A stretch of DNA of 64,000 nucleotides. Origin: an uncultured bacterium. Its GTDB lineage: Bacteria; Acidobacteriota; HRBIN11; JAKEFK01. The stretch lies in the NCBI GenBank assembly GCA_963771165.1, contig CAVYSN010000021.1:8502-72501 (forward strand), written 5' to 3'. Shown one piece after another: positions 27,189 to 36,222 of this stretch; position 1 is the stretch's first letter; each line of letters starts with the position of its first letter. The notes under the pieces are model-generated. The model saw only the letters and a list, made by a program, of their open reading frames with translations, had not been told where the DNA came from and made no database searches. Made by a program: the position numbers and the translations under genes.

Positions 27189-27329
27189 TTACATCCGCTG
27201 CATATCGATCAGCGCCAGGTAGACAAGTTTTCGTTGAAGTTTTTTATTCGCAGTTAATTTTGAGATTTCCTCATAAAGAGCTGTGATTAGGTCGCCCAGA
27301 TTAAAAGTGCTTTCAGTTCTTGTCATTGG
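27189..27329 (-). CDS. hypothetical small protein (46 aa)
   Basis: MTRTESTFNLGDLITALYEEISKLTANKKLQRKLVYLALIDMQRM. It overlaps the upstream ORF by 17 nt and I recognised no homology. Confidence 0.25.
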   Translation of the reverse strand, partial: PMTRTESTFNLGDLITALYEEISKLTANKKLQRKLVYLALIDMQRM

Positions 27330-27570
27330 TTTCTCCTTCTCGCATGATTCGAGTTTTGATTTCGTCGCCTCTGCGCGCACGATCCATTAATGGAGCGTCT
27401 TCTAGCGTCATCCAGATGGCGTGTGCCGATTTGAAAATCCATTTTGGGAGATTCTGAGGCCTTGCGTAGCTGCCGCTTTTTCCGTTTGCCGGCTCCACCT
27501 GAACCAGATAGGCGGAATCCAGGATTTTCAGCAGGAACCCATCAACATAGACTCGAGCAGGTTGCGACAT
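27313..27570 (-). CDS. hypothetical protein (85 aa)
   Basis: ATG-initiated ORF in an operon position between the anti-sigma-like gene and the DM13 gene. I recognised no motif. Confidence 0.4.
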   Translation of the reverse strand: MSQPARVYVDGFLLKILDSAYLVQVEPANGKSGSYARPQNLPKWIFKSAHAIWMTLEDAPLMDRARRGDEIKTRIMREGETNDKN

Positions 27571-27690
27571 TGTTTCATTCCATCCTTTGATGATCTGTCG
27601 CGTTGCCCTGATAAGCCTTACAACATTGTTCTTGATGGTGGTGGGAACCTGCGATACGGGGCGGGTGAGAAGGGATCAAGCCGCGGCGGT

Positions 27691-28002
27691 TTAGTTTTCG
27701 CCCAGAGCCCGTTTCATGCGCTCGCGGGCGTCATTGGAGAGTGACGCGTCGGCGATCGGAGTCTTATCGATGTGCGTTTCCTGTTGTTGCATTGCCTTAC
27801 GTAGCAAAAGGAGCTGATTGGCATAACGCCTGCACCATTCGCAAATGTGATTGTGAAGGAATAAGCTGAGCCGCTGACGCCAGGTAAGTTTTCCATCCAT
27901 TCTTTGGGACATGAGCGGCAAAAGTTCATCACAGGGAGGCGTACGGCGAGCCCAAAAGAAGATGTACTCCATCTTCAGTCGCTTTAGAATCTCTCTCGCC
28001 AT
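27691..28002 (-). CDS. zinc-binding anti-sigma factor-like protein (zf-HC2, H-x3-C-x2-C), soluble
   Basis: PPCDELLPLMSQRMDGKLTWRQRLSLFLHNHICEWCRRY matches the ZAS pattern C..L....DG.L......H-x3-C-x2-C. It has no TM segment and is the first gene of the minus-strand operon 28002->24121. Confidence 0.6.
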   Translation of the reverse strand: MAREILKRLKMEYIFFWARRTPPCDELLPLMSQRMDGKLTWRQRLSLFLHNHICEWCRRYANQLLLLRKAMQQQETHIDKTPIADASLSNDARERMKRALGEN

Positions 28003-28158
28003 GCGTTACCTCTGGTCAAAATAATCTATCTTCCACGGTTATTCAAGGAAAAAACTGATGCCAGTTCTCACCAGGTATTGGTCGGTGCAGGAGGAAGTTT
28101 CCTTACAGTGTAATGATTCAGCCTCTCGCACTACTAAGGACCGAGAGGACAAATTGCT

Positions 28159-29158
28159 ATGAAAAAGCATTTTTTCTGTTTCCGGATCATCATGATTCTT
28201 CTAGCGGTTTATGCACATGCGATCAAAAGTTCAACGCCTGAAATCGTACGATTGGACGCTCGCATCGATGCCATTGTGCCCCGTGATGCGAGGCTTGAGA
28301 AACTGGCAGATGGCTTCAGTTGGGCCGAAGGCCCGGTCTGGATTCGAAACGGAAGTGTCTCTTCTTTTTTCCGATGTTCCGAACAATCGGGTTTTGAAAT
28401 GGAAGGGTGGAAGCCCGGTTTCGATTTTCTTAAAGAGCAGCGGTTATTCGGGAACAGCCTCCTTCACCGGAAAAGAACCTGGTTCCAATGGTTTAACCAT
28501 CGATCGACAGGGGCGTCTCGTTTTTTGCCAGCACGGGGATCGTAAGATCAGCCGCCTTGAAAAGGATGGCTCCAGAACCACATTGGTGGACCGATTCATG
28601 GGAAAGCGATTGAACAGTCCGAACGATCTTGTATTCAAGTCGAATGGTGATTTGTATTTCACCGATCCGCCGTTCGGATTGCCCGGAACATTTGACGATC
28701 CAAACAAGGAGCTTGAGTATCAAGGCATTTATCGTTTTTCAAAAAAGGGAACGCTTACGCTGCTGAGTAAAGAGCTCACAGGTCCAAACGGCATTGTGTT
28801 TTCACCCGATGAGAGGCAATTGTACGTTTCAGATCCAATCCTTTCAGGCTGGTTCGTATTCGATGTGAAGGAAGATGGGTCGCTGGCAAACAAACGTGTG
28901 TTGCTGGATGGAAGATCACTGGTGAAAAACGGACCTGGTGGACCGGATGGCATGAAGGTCGACCGGCGCGGAAACATTTTTGGAGCCGGTCCGGGTGGCC
29001 TATATATCATTGCCCCGGATGCGTCGATTCTTGGCCGGTTCCATTTCGGTGTGCCGGTCGGTAATTGTGCGTGGGGAGAAGATGGTTCGACATTGTTTAT
29101 AACTGCGAATACTGCCCTCTATCGAATCCGGCTTCATACGAAAGGGGCAGGATTCTAA
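28159..29158 (+). pseudogene. SMP-30/gluconolactonase family protein, paralog of 24121..25752 C-domain; frame-disrupted (pseudogene or assembly indel)
   Basis: The signal peptide and LADGFSWAEGPVWIRNGS are in the 28159 frame. LLFSDVPNNRVLKW...NSPNDLVFKSNGDLYFTDP...ALYRIRL continues in the 28211 frame. The junction is near 28350-28365. Confidence 0.75.
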
Positions 29159-29200
29159 GCCATCGTCGGAAGTTTGGTAGAATACTCGAGCGAGGTGACT

Positions 29201-30889
29201 ATGACAAGAAGATCGTTTGCATTTGCGGCACTCCTCCTAACTCTTTTATTCGGTGTTGGTTCGAAACCGGCCGAAAAAGCAGATCTTGTGCTTCGGCACG
29301 GACGAATTTACACGATGGATGCGGTCCGTTCGTGGGCTGAATCGGTCGCGATCAAGAACGGAAAGATCGTTTTTATTGGCTCCGATTCCCAAATAGAAAG
29401 TTGGATCCATCCTGGCACACAAGTGATTGAACTCTCCGGTAAAATGGTTCTGCCTTCGTTCATCGATTCGCACGTACATCCCGTGAGTGCCGGGATGGAA
29501 ATGGGTCAGCTCGACTTCGGTACGTTGTCCACGAAAGAGGAGATCCTCAAAGCGATTGCGAATTACGCTTGCTTCTCATCCGGATGAAAAATGGATTCGC
29601 GGAAATACGTGGCAACTTCCCGTCTTTCCCAATGCAAATCCACAAAAGGAATGGCTGGATGCCATTGTTCCGGATCGTCCGGCGCTGATGACTGCAGCCG
29701 ATGGCCATTCGGTCTGGGTCAACTCAAAGGCTTTGGAGCTTGCAGGGATCACGAAAGAGACACAAGATCCGGAAGGTGGCCGGATTGAACGCAATGACAA
29801 AGGGAGAACCTTCCGGTACTCTACGTGAAAGCGCCACGGACCTCGTTTGGAAAGTTGCGCCAAAACCAACACAGGAAGAGCGCAATGCAGGTTTGAGGGC
29901 AGCGCTAAAGAAAATGAATGAGCTCGGGATTACAGGTTTTCAAGAAGCAAGCGCGGGACCGGAGTCTCTTCAGGCTTACCGGGATGCGGAACAACGTGGC
30001 GTTCTGACGGCGCGAGTCACAATTGCACAGTACGCAGATCCGGAGAAACCCATAGAGCAGGTTACCGATTTGAAAAAGATGCGTGAAACTTACAAAGGCA
30101 ATCATATTCATCCGACTGCAGTGAAAATTTTTGTAGATGGAGTCATCGAAGCGAATACCGCAGCATTGCTCCTACCGTACCTGGATTCAAAGGAACCGGG
30201 CGAACTATTATGGACGCCTGAAAAACTCAATGCGTTTGTTCAACGAATCGATAGCGAGGGGTTCCAGGTTCATTTTCATGCAATCGGCGACAGCGGAGTC
30301 CGGGCGGCCCTCGATTCCGTTGAACACGCACGCAAAGTAAATAAGAACCGCGATGCGCGTCCGGTACTTGCTCACATCGAACTGATCGATCCGGCAGGAA
30401 ATCCCACGATTTGCAAAACTGAAAGCAATTCCTTGTTTTCAACCGCTCTGGGCCTGGGAGGATCCATACATCAAAGATCTCACCATTCCAAAATTGGGCC
30501 CCGAACGTTCACGGTGGATCTATCCAATGCAGTCCGTCCTGAACACAGGAGCAACAATGGCTTTCGGTAGCGATTGGTCTGTCTCGTCAGTCAACCCGCT
30601 GGATGGAATTGAGGTTGCAGTAACACGACGCGATGCGGCTGGAAAAGAAACCGGATCCGCTTTCATTGGGGAAGAGAAAATTTCGCTGGAGTCGGCGCTT
30701 GCTGCCTACACGATCGGAAGCGCTTACGCGAATTTCTGGGAGAATGAAACAGGTTCGATTGAAACAGGAAAATCTGCGGACTTAATTGTTCTTTCGCAAA
30801 ACCTGTTTGAAATTACTCCGTCGGCCATCAATGAAACCAAAGTTTTATTCACAATGCTGGAAGGCAAAATCCTGTTCAGCGCTTTATAG
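29201..30889 (+). pseudogene. amidohydrolase family (Amidohydro_3/YtcJ-like) metal-dependent hydrolase; three frame disruptions
   Basis: Signal MTRRSFAFAALLLTLLFG and PSFIDSHVHP are in frame A. HPDEKWIRGNTW..ADGHSVWVNSKALELAGI is in frame B. FVDGVIEANTAALL..VHFHAIGD..AHIELID is in frame C. EIPRFAKLKAIPCFQPLWAW..AFGSDW..GKSADLIVL is in frame D. Junctions are near 29570, 29805 and 30395, with no in-frame stops inside the conserved blocks. Confidence 0.8.
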
Positions 30890-31058
30890 TTTGTCGCAGC
30901 CGGCAGAGTTAGTGATTCTTTCTCTGTTGTACGAATCGTTTTATTCATGTTTTTGCAGCAAGGATGAACAAACACTTTAACGCAAAGGCGCTATGGTTTT
31001 GAGGAGCGCTTGGCGAGCGTTGCGTTTCTTCTGATGCTTCGCTTCGCGAAGCGTTGAT

Positions 31059-31129
31059 CATTTCTTATTTTAAAAAATACAAAACGGTCCTGGTCTCGTG
31101 TTTATTTGTATTTTTTAAAATAAGAAATG
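31059..31129. terminator. perfect 25-bp AT-rich inverted repeat with 21-nt loop between convergent genes
   Basis: 31059-31083 (CATTTCTTATTTTAAAAAATACAAA) is the exact reverse complement of 31105-31129. The right arm overlaps the last codons of the ICMT gene. Confidence 0.6.
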
Positions 31130-31591
31130 GGCAACCAACGTCGGACGGAAGATTTGTAGTTTTGGTAGCTTGATCCGAAACGCATTTCGAGGGCCGGTTC
31201 TTCATAGAAAAGCACAAAGACATGAGTGACGAGCCAGAAAAAGAGAGCCAACAACACAATTGCTGGAGAAATCCATACGAGTCCTGCGCCGGCAATGACG
31301 CACAAAGCGCCAAGATACATTGGATTTCGCACATAACGGTAAGGGCCGACGGCGACGAACTCGATCGGAGGATCAAAGGGCGCTGGAGTCCCTCGGCCTT
31401 TGGCAATGAATGTAGCGATGCACCAAACAGCAACGAAGGCGCCTGCGAGACCGAGTACGAAGCCCAAGCGGTCGAAGCCATACTGGTAAGAGGGGTAAAA
31501 GAGGATCGTACCTTCGAATGGAAACAGCGAGCCATGCCCATAGAAACACAAATCCGGCGGAGTAGATCACTCCTCTTAAAGCAACAAACAT
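31102..31591 (-). pseudogene. isoprenylcysteine carboxyl / phospholipid methyltransferase family (ICMT/PEMT) membrane protein; one frame disruption
   Basis: MFVALRGVIYSAGFVFLWAWLAVSIRRYDPLLPLLPVWLRPLG is in the 31591 frame. It continues as FVLGLAGAFVAVWCIATFIAKGRGTPAPFDPP..GPYRYVRNPMYLG in the 31551 frame. The junction is near 31470. Confidence 0.7.
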
Positions 31592-31617
31592 CGTTTGAAG
31601 CCTGTAACGAAAACACT

Positions 31618-32675
31618 TCAGTGCATTTTTTGTTCGGTCAATCCCGTTGGAATCCACTTTGGGTCGATGTATTGAGTGCCGAGCTGTCCACAGGCCGCGC
31701 TGATGTCGGGACCACGACTTCGGCGAATCGCCACGGTTCGACCCCCCTGGACCAGGATGCCTGCAAACCGCTCGATGGTTTGCTCATCCGGTCGTTCGAT
31801 ACGGAAGATGTGGATCGGGATTCAAAGGAATCAAATTGATTTTGCTCTGAACCAATCGCGTTACTTCCAACAAGCTGACGCGCATGTTCGATTGAATCAT
31901 TGACACCTTTCAGCAAAACATACTCAAAGGTAATTCGCTGTCTCTGCTTCAATGGAAGTTCCATCAAAGCTTTCATCAAGACTTCGATCGGATACATCCG
32001 GTTAATCGGCATCAAATCATTCCGTAGTTTGTTGTTCGGAGCGTTCAGGGATACAGCGATGTTCGGAATCACCGGCTCGGTTTTCAGCCTGTTGAGCGCA
32101 GGAACCAATCCAACCGTGGAAATAGTGATTCGTCGCGGTGAGATGGCCAGGCCGCGTGGATGGATCATGATGCGGAAAGCCTTCATCACATTGTCATAAT
32201 TGTGCAATGGTTCTCCCATACCCATGAAAACGATGTTGAATCGTTTTGGTCTTCCGTGATTTCGAATGGCGAGCAATACCTGTCCTATGATCTCTCCAGC
32301 GTTCAGATTTCTACGCAAATTCATGCGCGCCGTAACACAGAATTTGCAACCAAAAGAACACCCGGCCTGGCTTGAAATGCAGAGTGTATCCCGCAATTCT
32401 TCCGGCATATGAACCGCTTCGATGACTTCTCCTCCCACGCGCATTACGTATTTCGTTGTGCCGTCCCGACCATGCTCCGCTGCCACAACTTCCGGAATGG
32501 TTGCCGTGAAATGAGCCGCGAGATTCTCACGAACCTCACGAGGTAGATTTGTCATCGCGGAGAAGTCCTGAACACCACGCTGGTACAACCATTCGAAAAT
32601 CTGGATCCCCCGATATCCCGGGCCCCCGACAAGCCTGGCAATCTCTTTCGGATCCAGTCCTAAAATCTCAACCAT
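31618..32675 (-). pseudogene. rlmN: 23S rRNA/tRNA adenine-C2 methyltransferase RlmN (radical SAM); two frame disruptions near the 3' end
   Basis: YRGIQIFEWLY, CxxxCxxC (CSFGCKFC) and FMGMGEPLHNY are intact. After ..IEHARQL the conserved C-terminus reads in two other frames: KINLIPLNPDPHLPYR, then ERFAGILVQGGRTVAIRRSRGPDISAACGQLG with stop at 31618. Junctions are near 31870 and 31790. Confidence 0.85.
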
Positions 32676-32688
32676 GACAATATAATAA

Positions 32689-32785
32689 GGGTTAAAAGTT
32701 AAAAGTTAAAAGTTAAAGGTGTTTGATTGTAAACCTTTCATGATTAACCTCTCACTTTTAACCTTTAACCTGTAACTTTTAATTC
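32689..32785. repeat. heptamer tandem repeat (GTTAAAA x4) and its imperfect inverted copy spanning a divergent promoter region
   Basis: 32691-32718 reads gttaaaagttaaaagttaaaagttaaag. 32754-32783 reads acttttaacctttaacctgtaacttttaat, which is the approximate reverse complement. The element lies between the rlmN start (32675) and the DUF3052 start (32791). Confidence 0.6.
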
Positions 32786-32790
32786 TCGCT

Positions 32791-33193
32791 ATGGCAGGGT
32801 ATTCGAACAGACCGCTGGCTGAAAAACTTGGTATTAAGGTAGGGGGCACGATTCTGATTCTCAATGCCCCTCCAGGCTATGATCAGGCGTTAACTCCGCT
32901 GCCGGAAGATGTTTCACGTGTTCAAATAGCTTCAAAAAGACGGTTTGGAGTTTATTCAGTTCTTCACAAAAGAGAAGAAAGATCTGCTGAACGAATTTCC
33001 GCGTCTAAAAAAGCATCTCCGGCCAAAGGGAATTCTGTGGATCTCCTGGCCGAAAGGCGCTTCTAAAGTAAAAACCGATCTAAATGAAAATATTGTCCGG
33101 CAGATCGGTCTCGCCAATGGAATGGTTGACATTAAAGTTTGTGCTGTGGATGAAATCTGGTCGGGACTCCGTTTTGCGTTTCGGCGAAAATAA
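32791..33193 (+). pseudogene. DUF3052-family protein; one frame disruption at an A5 run
   Basis: MAGYSNRPLAEKLGIKVGGTILILNAPPGY is in frame 1. EFIQFFTKEKKDLLNEFPRLKKHLRPKGILWISWPKG..VDIKVCAVDEIWSGLRF is in frame 2. The junction is at gcttcaaaaagacgg (~32935-32945). Confidence 0.75.
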
Positions 33194-33225
33194 AACGCGG
33201 ATGTTATAATGTTGATTGTCACCTC

Positions 33226-33585
33226 ATGTCTAGGTCGCTTTTCATATTTATTGTTATTGTAGCGGCAGTTGGCTATTATCTCTACAAAACGAACAGGTTT
33301 ACTGAGGTGAGCGCCAGTTTCGATTATCACTCCCGAGTCAGATTTCGGTAACGGCGCGAAGTCAGGATCTCCATGATTGCAAGCTGAGTTTGACGAATGA
33401 TTATACTGTCGATCTGCCGTTCCTTCGCCAAAATAGTCGAGTGACGATCAGTAAGTACGATTTTAAGCAATGGAATGGGACGACGTCTGGACGAGATGAA
33501 GTTGCTGGGACCCGAAATTGAATTCAAGCTTCGGTGTAAAGAAGGCGGATTTGAAATCATTGAAGTCAAATCGTTATTTGGATGA
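33226..33585 (+). pseudogene. hypothetical membrane-anchored protein, apparently split over three frames
   Basis: MSRSLFIFIVIVAAVGYYLYKTN (TM) is followed by SQISVTARSQDLHDCKLSLTNDYTVDLPFLRQNSRVTISKYDFKQW, then KLLGPEIEFKLRCKEGGFEIIEVKSLFG, each in a different frame. This is a weak call with no family recognised. Confidence 0.3.
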
Positions 33586-33762
33586 AGGTAAAATCGAAAG
33601 AGAGACGAAAAGCGAAGAAGTTATAGAGAGCAACTAGACTCGAGGGCGTTGCTGGAACGCTCAGGAATTCTCCCACTTAAATTAGATTTGACGCACACTG
33701 ACCCTTCCCGAATGTCTCGAGCGTCATAAAAGTTACAATGTCTGAATCGCGGAGGACTGAAC

Positions 33763-34977
33763 ATGAAGTATGTAGCAATCATTTTCCTGTTCTTGATTTC
33801 ATCACAGATCTCCGCCCAGGAAGTCGTTAGCGTTACGGAAGTGATGGTTTGGGTGAAAGCGACTGATCGTTCCGGCAAAACCATTAACAGGTCATGTCTC
33901 AGTCGGACTTTGAAATCTTTGAAGACGGTAAGAAGATGACGCTTACGTGTTTTGAAGAGGCCGTTTACCCTCCGGCAGTTGTAGCCACTACGCCTGAATC
34001 AGAAGCAGTCTCAACCCCTTGAAAACGGTGCGGGTTCGCACGAAGCGTGTCGCCGTGATTCTCGACTTGTACAACACACAACAGGCAGAATACTTGCACA
34101 TCAAGCCGAAGATCGTTGATTTTTTAAAACAGGTTCCTCCGAATTGGGAGATGATGCTGGCTACAGTCATTCCAGGCGCGATCGAAGTAAACGTTCCTTT
34201 CACGAGCGACATCAAGACGCTTGAGGCAAAGCTGGACCAAATAACGGCCAATGCAACAGCGGGACATCGAGGTTCTGAATCGCAGAAGGTCCATCATGAA
34301 TTTAATTGATCGGGGCTGCTTTCGGAGAGATCCTTGAAGAAGCGTACAGGCTTGCACAGCAATATTCATCGGAAGACAGGCAAATGGCCCGCGAATCGAT
34401 CAAAGCGCTGGAAAGATTTGAAAAGGATCTTGTTCAATGGAAGAACGATTCTCATATGGTGGCTTTATTCATTTCCGGCGGTATTAATTCGGAACCGGGA
34501 AGGCAGTACTTTGATCTTGTTGAACGAAAATCGGGCAACAGCGACTTCGCGCAACGTTCGATTCTCGCGCAGCGCGAGGGAGGTACGGATTTATGGGGAA
34601 TGCTGCGCAAGATTGTTGCGCAGTTGAACAGGCACAACATTACCTTTTATACAGTCAACACGCGCGGGGTTATTAGCCCCGTTCCTGATAACAGCATGGA
34701 GCGTGACAGACGGGAAGTGAAGTTGGAAGATTCGACTTATCTTGATGATACTCAAGAGCTGATGGCGGAGATCGCGGATGAAACAGGAGGTCTTTATTTT
34801 GAAAATTCCTCCAACTTTCGCCATGGGTTCGATTTGGTTCTTAGCGATCTGGATCATCAATATCTGATTTGCTACAAAGCGCCACTTCACAAGAAGGCGA
34901 ATGAGCTTCACAAGATTAAAGTGGAAACCAAAAAGTCGGGTGTAAAGCTACGCCATCGAAAAGCATATTTGGATTAG
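33763..34977 (+). pseudogene. VWA-domain protein of the acidobacterial type (TIGR03436-like); at least 3-4 frame disruptions
   Basis: RBS GGAGGA and signal MKYVAIIFLFLISSQISA. VWVKATDRSGKTI / SQSDFEIFEDGKKMTLTCFEE / RVAVILDLYNTQQ / FISGGINS..ITFYTVNTRG..ETGGLYFENSS..KIKVETKKSGVKLRHRKAYL are spread over frames 1,0,2,(0),1. Junctions are near 33885, 34015 and 34265-34310. Confidence 0.8.
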
Positions 34978-34994
34978 AAAATGCAGTATGGCAA

Positions 34995-35022
34995 GTAGGG
35001 ACGGGTCTCAGACCCGCCCTCC
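34995..35022. repeat. REP-like GC hairpin GTAGGGACGGGTCTCAGACCCGCCCTCC
   Basis: The stem GGGACGGGTC/GACCCGCCC encloses a TCA loop. It lies 18 nt after the VWA stop and is the same core as the copies at 51306 and 61751-61823. Confidence 0.65.
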
Positions 35023-35042
35023 GGAATAAAGGAGAAGAAGAT

Positions 35043-36119
35043 ATGTCGCAAAACTTTGATACCACAAAGGCGAACGCTTTTGCTGAACGTTTTCTGACAG
35101 TTCTAAATGATGCGTCGTTGTGTTTAATGAGCTCGATTGGCCATCGTACCGGGTTATTCGATGCGATGAAGAGGCTGAACGGCGCCACTTCGGAAGAGAT
35201 CGCGCGTGAAACAGGATTGAACGAGCGTTACGTTCGAGAGTGGCTGGGAGCGATGGTTACGGGAGGCATTGTTGAAGTGGAACCGGAGTCAAAAACGTTT
35301 CGCCTGCCCGCTGAACATGCCGCATTTTTAACAAGGGAAGCCGGTGCAGACAATGTTGCCGTCTTTGCTCAATATATTCCATTACTTGGAAGCGTCGAGG
35401 ATGAAATCGTTGAATGTTTTAAGCATGGAGGAGGCGTCCCTTACGAACGTTATCCACGATTTCATGCGGTCATGGCTGAAGATAGCGGCCAGTCCGTCAT
35501 GTCCTCGCTGGAATCCTATGTGCTTCCCCTTATCCCATCGATCAGCGCCCGGCTGAACGAAGGAGCGCGTCTGCTGGATATTGGATGCGGACGGGGCGCT
35601 GTGATCCGTCGTCTTGCGGTTCTGTTTCCTACGGCTCATTTTGAAGGATACGATCTTTCAGTTGAGGCCATCGATTACGCACGAGAAGAAGCCCGCAAAA
35701 AGGGACTCAGCAACGTGGAATTTGTTGCACGCGATCTGAGCGACTTTGATCAAACCGCTGAACCAAATCGATTTGATTTTGTTACAACGTTTGATGCCAT
35801 TCATGATCAGGCAAAACCTTTGAATGTTCTAAAAGGCATCTACAAAACATTAAAATCAGATGGCGTCTACATCATGCAGGATATACGGGCATCCAGCGAG
35901 GTCCACAAAAACATCGGCCATCCGATTGGAACATTCCTTTACACCGTTTCCTGTTTACATTGCATGACAGTTTCACTGGCACAAGGAGGTGAAGGTCTTG
36001 GCGCAATGTGGGGTGAGGAAAAGACGAAGGACTATCTGGCCAAAGCCGGATTTCGCTCAGTAGAAACGAATCAATTGAAGCACGATATTCAGAACAACTG
36101 GTACGTTGTGATGAAGTGA
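35043..36119 (+). CDS. SAM-dependent methyltransferase with N-terminal winged-helix dimerisation/ligand domain
   Basis: The N-terminal wHTH-like segment is GLFDAMKRLNGATSEEIARETGLNERYVREWLGAMVTGGIV. Motif I is LLDIGCGRGAV. The frame is intact over 358 aa. Confidence 0.8.
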   Translation: MSQNFDTTKANAFAERFLTVLNDASLCLMSSIGHRTGLFDAMKRLNGATSEEIARETGLNERYVREWLGAMVTGGIVEVEPESKTFRLPAEHAAFLTREAGADNVAVFAQYIPLLGSVEDEIVECFKHGGGVPYERYPRFHAVMAEDSGQSVMSSLESYVLPLIPSISARLNEGARLLDIGCGRGAVIRRLAVLFPTAHFEGYDLSVEAIDYAREEARKKGLSNVEFVARDLSDFDQTAEPNRFDFVTTFDAIHDQAKPLNVLKGIYKTLKSDGVYIMQDIRASSEVHKNIGHPIGTFLYTVSCLHCMTVSLAQGGEGLGAMWGEEKTKDYLAKAGFRSVETNQLKHDIQNNWYVVMK

Positions 36120-36140
36120 GAGCTTTACAAACGGGAACGC

Positions 36141-36209
36141 GGGCGCCATGAACGTCGCCCCCACAGGGATCTAAAATGTTTTTGTAAGGGGCGCGCGATT
36201 CATCGTCCC
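36141..36209. repeat. pair of inverted REP-like units between convergent genes
   Basis: GGGCGCCATGAACGTCGCCCCCAC (36141-36164) pairs with GTAAGGGGCGCGCGATTCATCGTCCC (36184-36209). They belong to the same ATGAA-loop subclass as 17568-17639. Confidence 0.6.
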
Positions 36210-36222
36210 TGCGTGCTATGGC

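Noticed and set aside
28350-30400. Programmed ribosomal frameshifting as the explanation for the split SMP-30 and amidohydrolase genes
   Set aside because: No slippery heptamer or downstream pseudoknot-like structure is visible at the junctions. There are multiple shifts per gene in both directions, and the same phenomenon affects unrelated genes. That fits indels, real or artefactual, better than recoding.
32691-32783. Heptamer array considered as a CRISPR or minisatellite
   Set aside because: The repeat unit is only 7 nt with no unique spacers, and no cas genes are present. I reported it as an inverted tandem-repeat promoter-region element instead.
33327-33569. 80-aa minus-strand ORF
   Set aside because: It has no start context or motif. 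The plus strand shows a more protein-like, although frame-split, membrane-anchored product.
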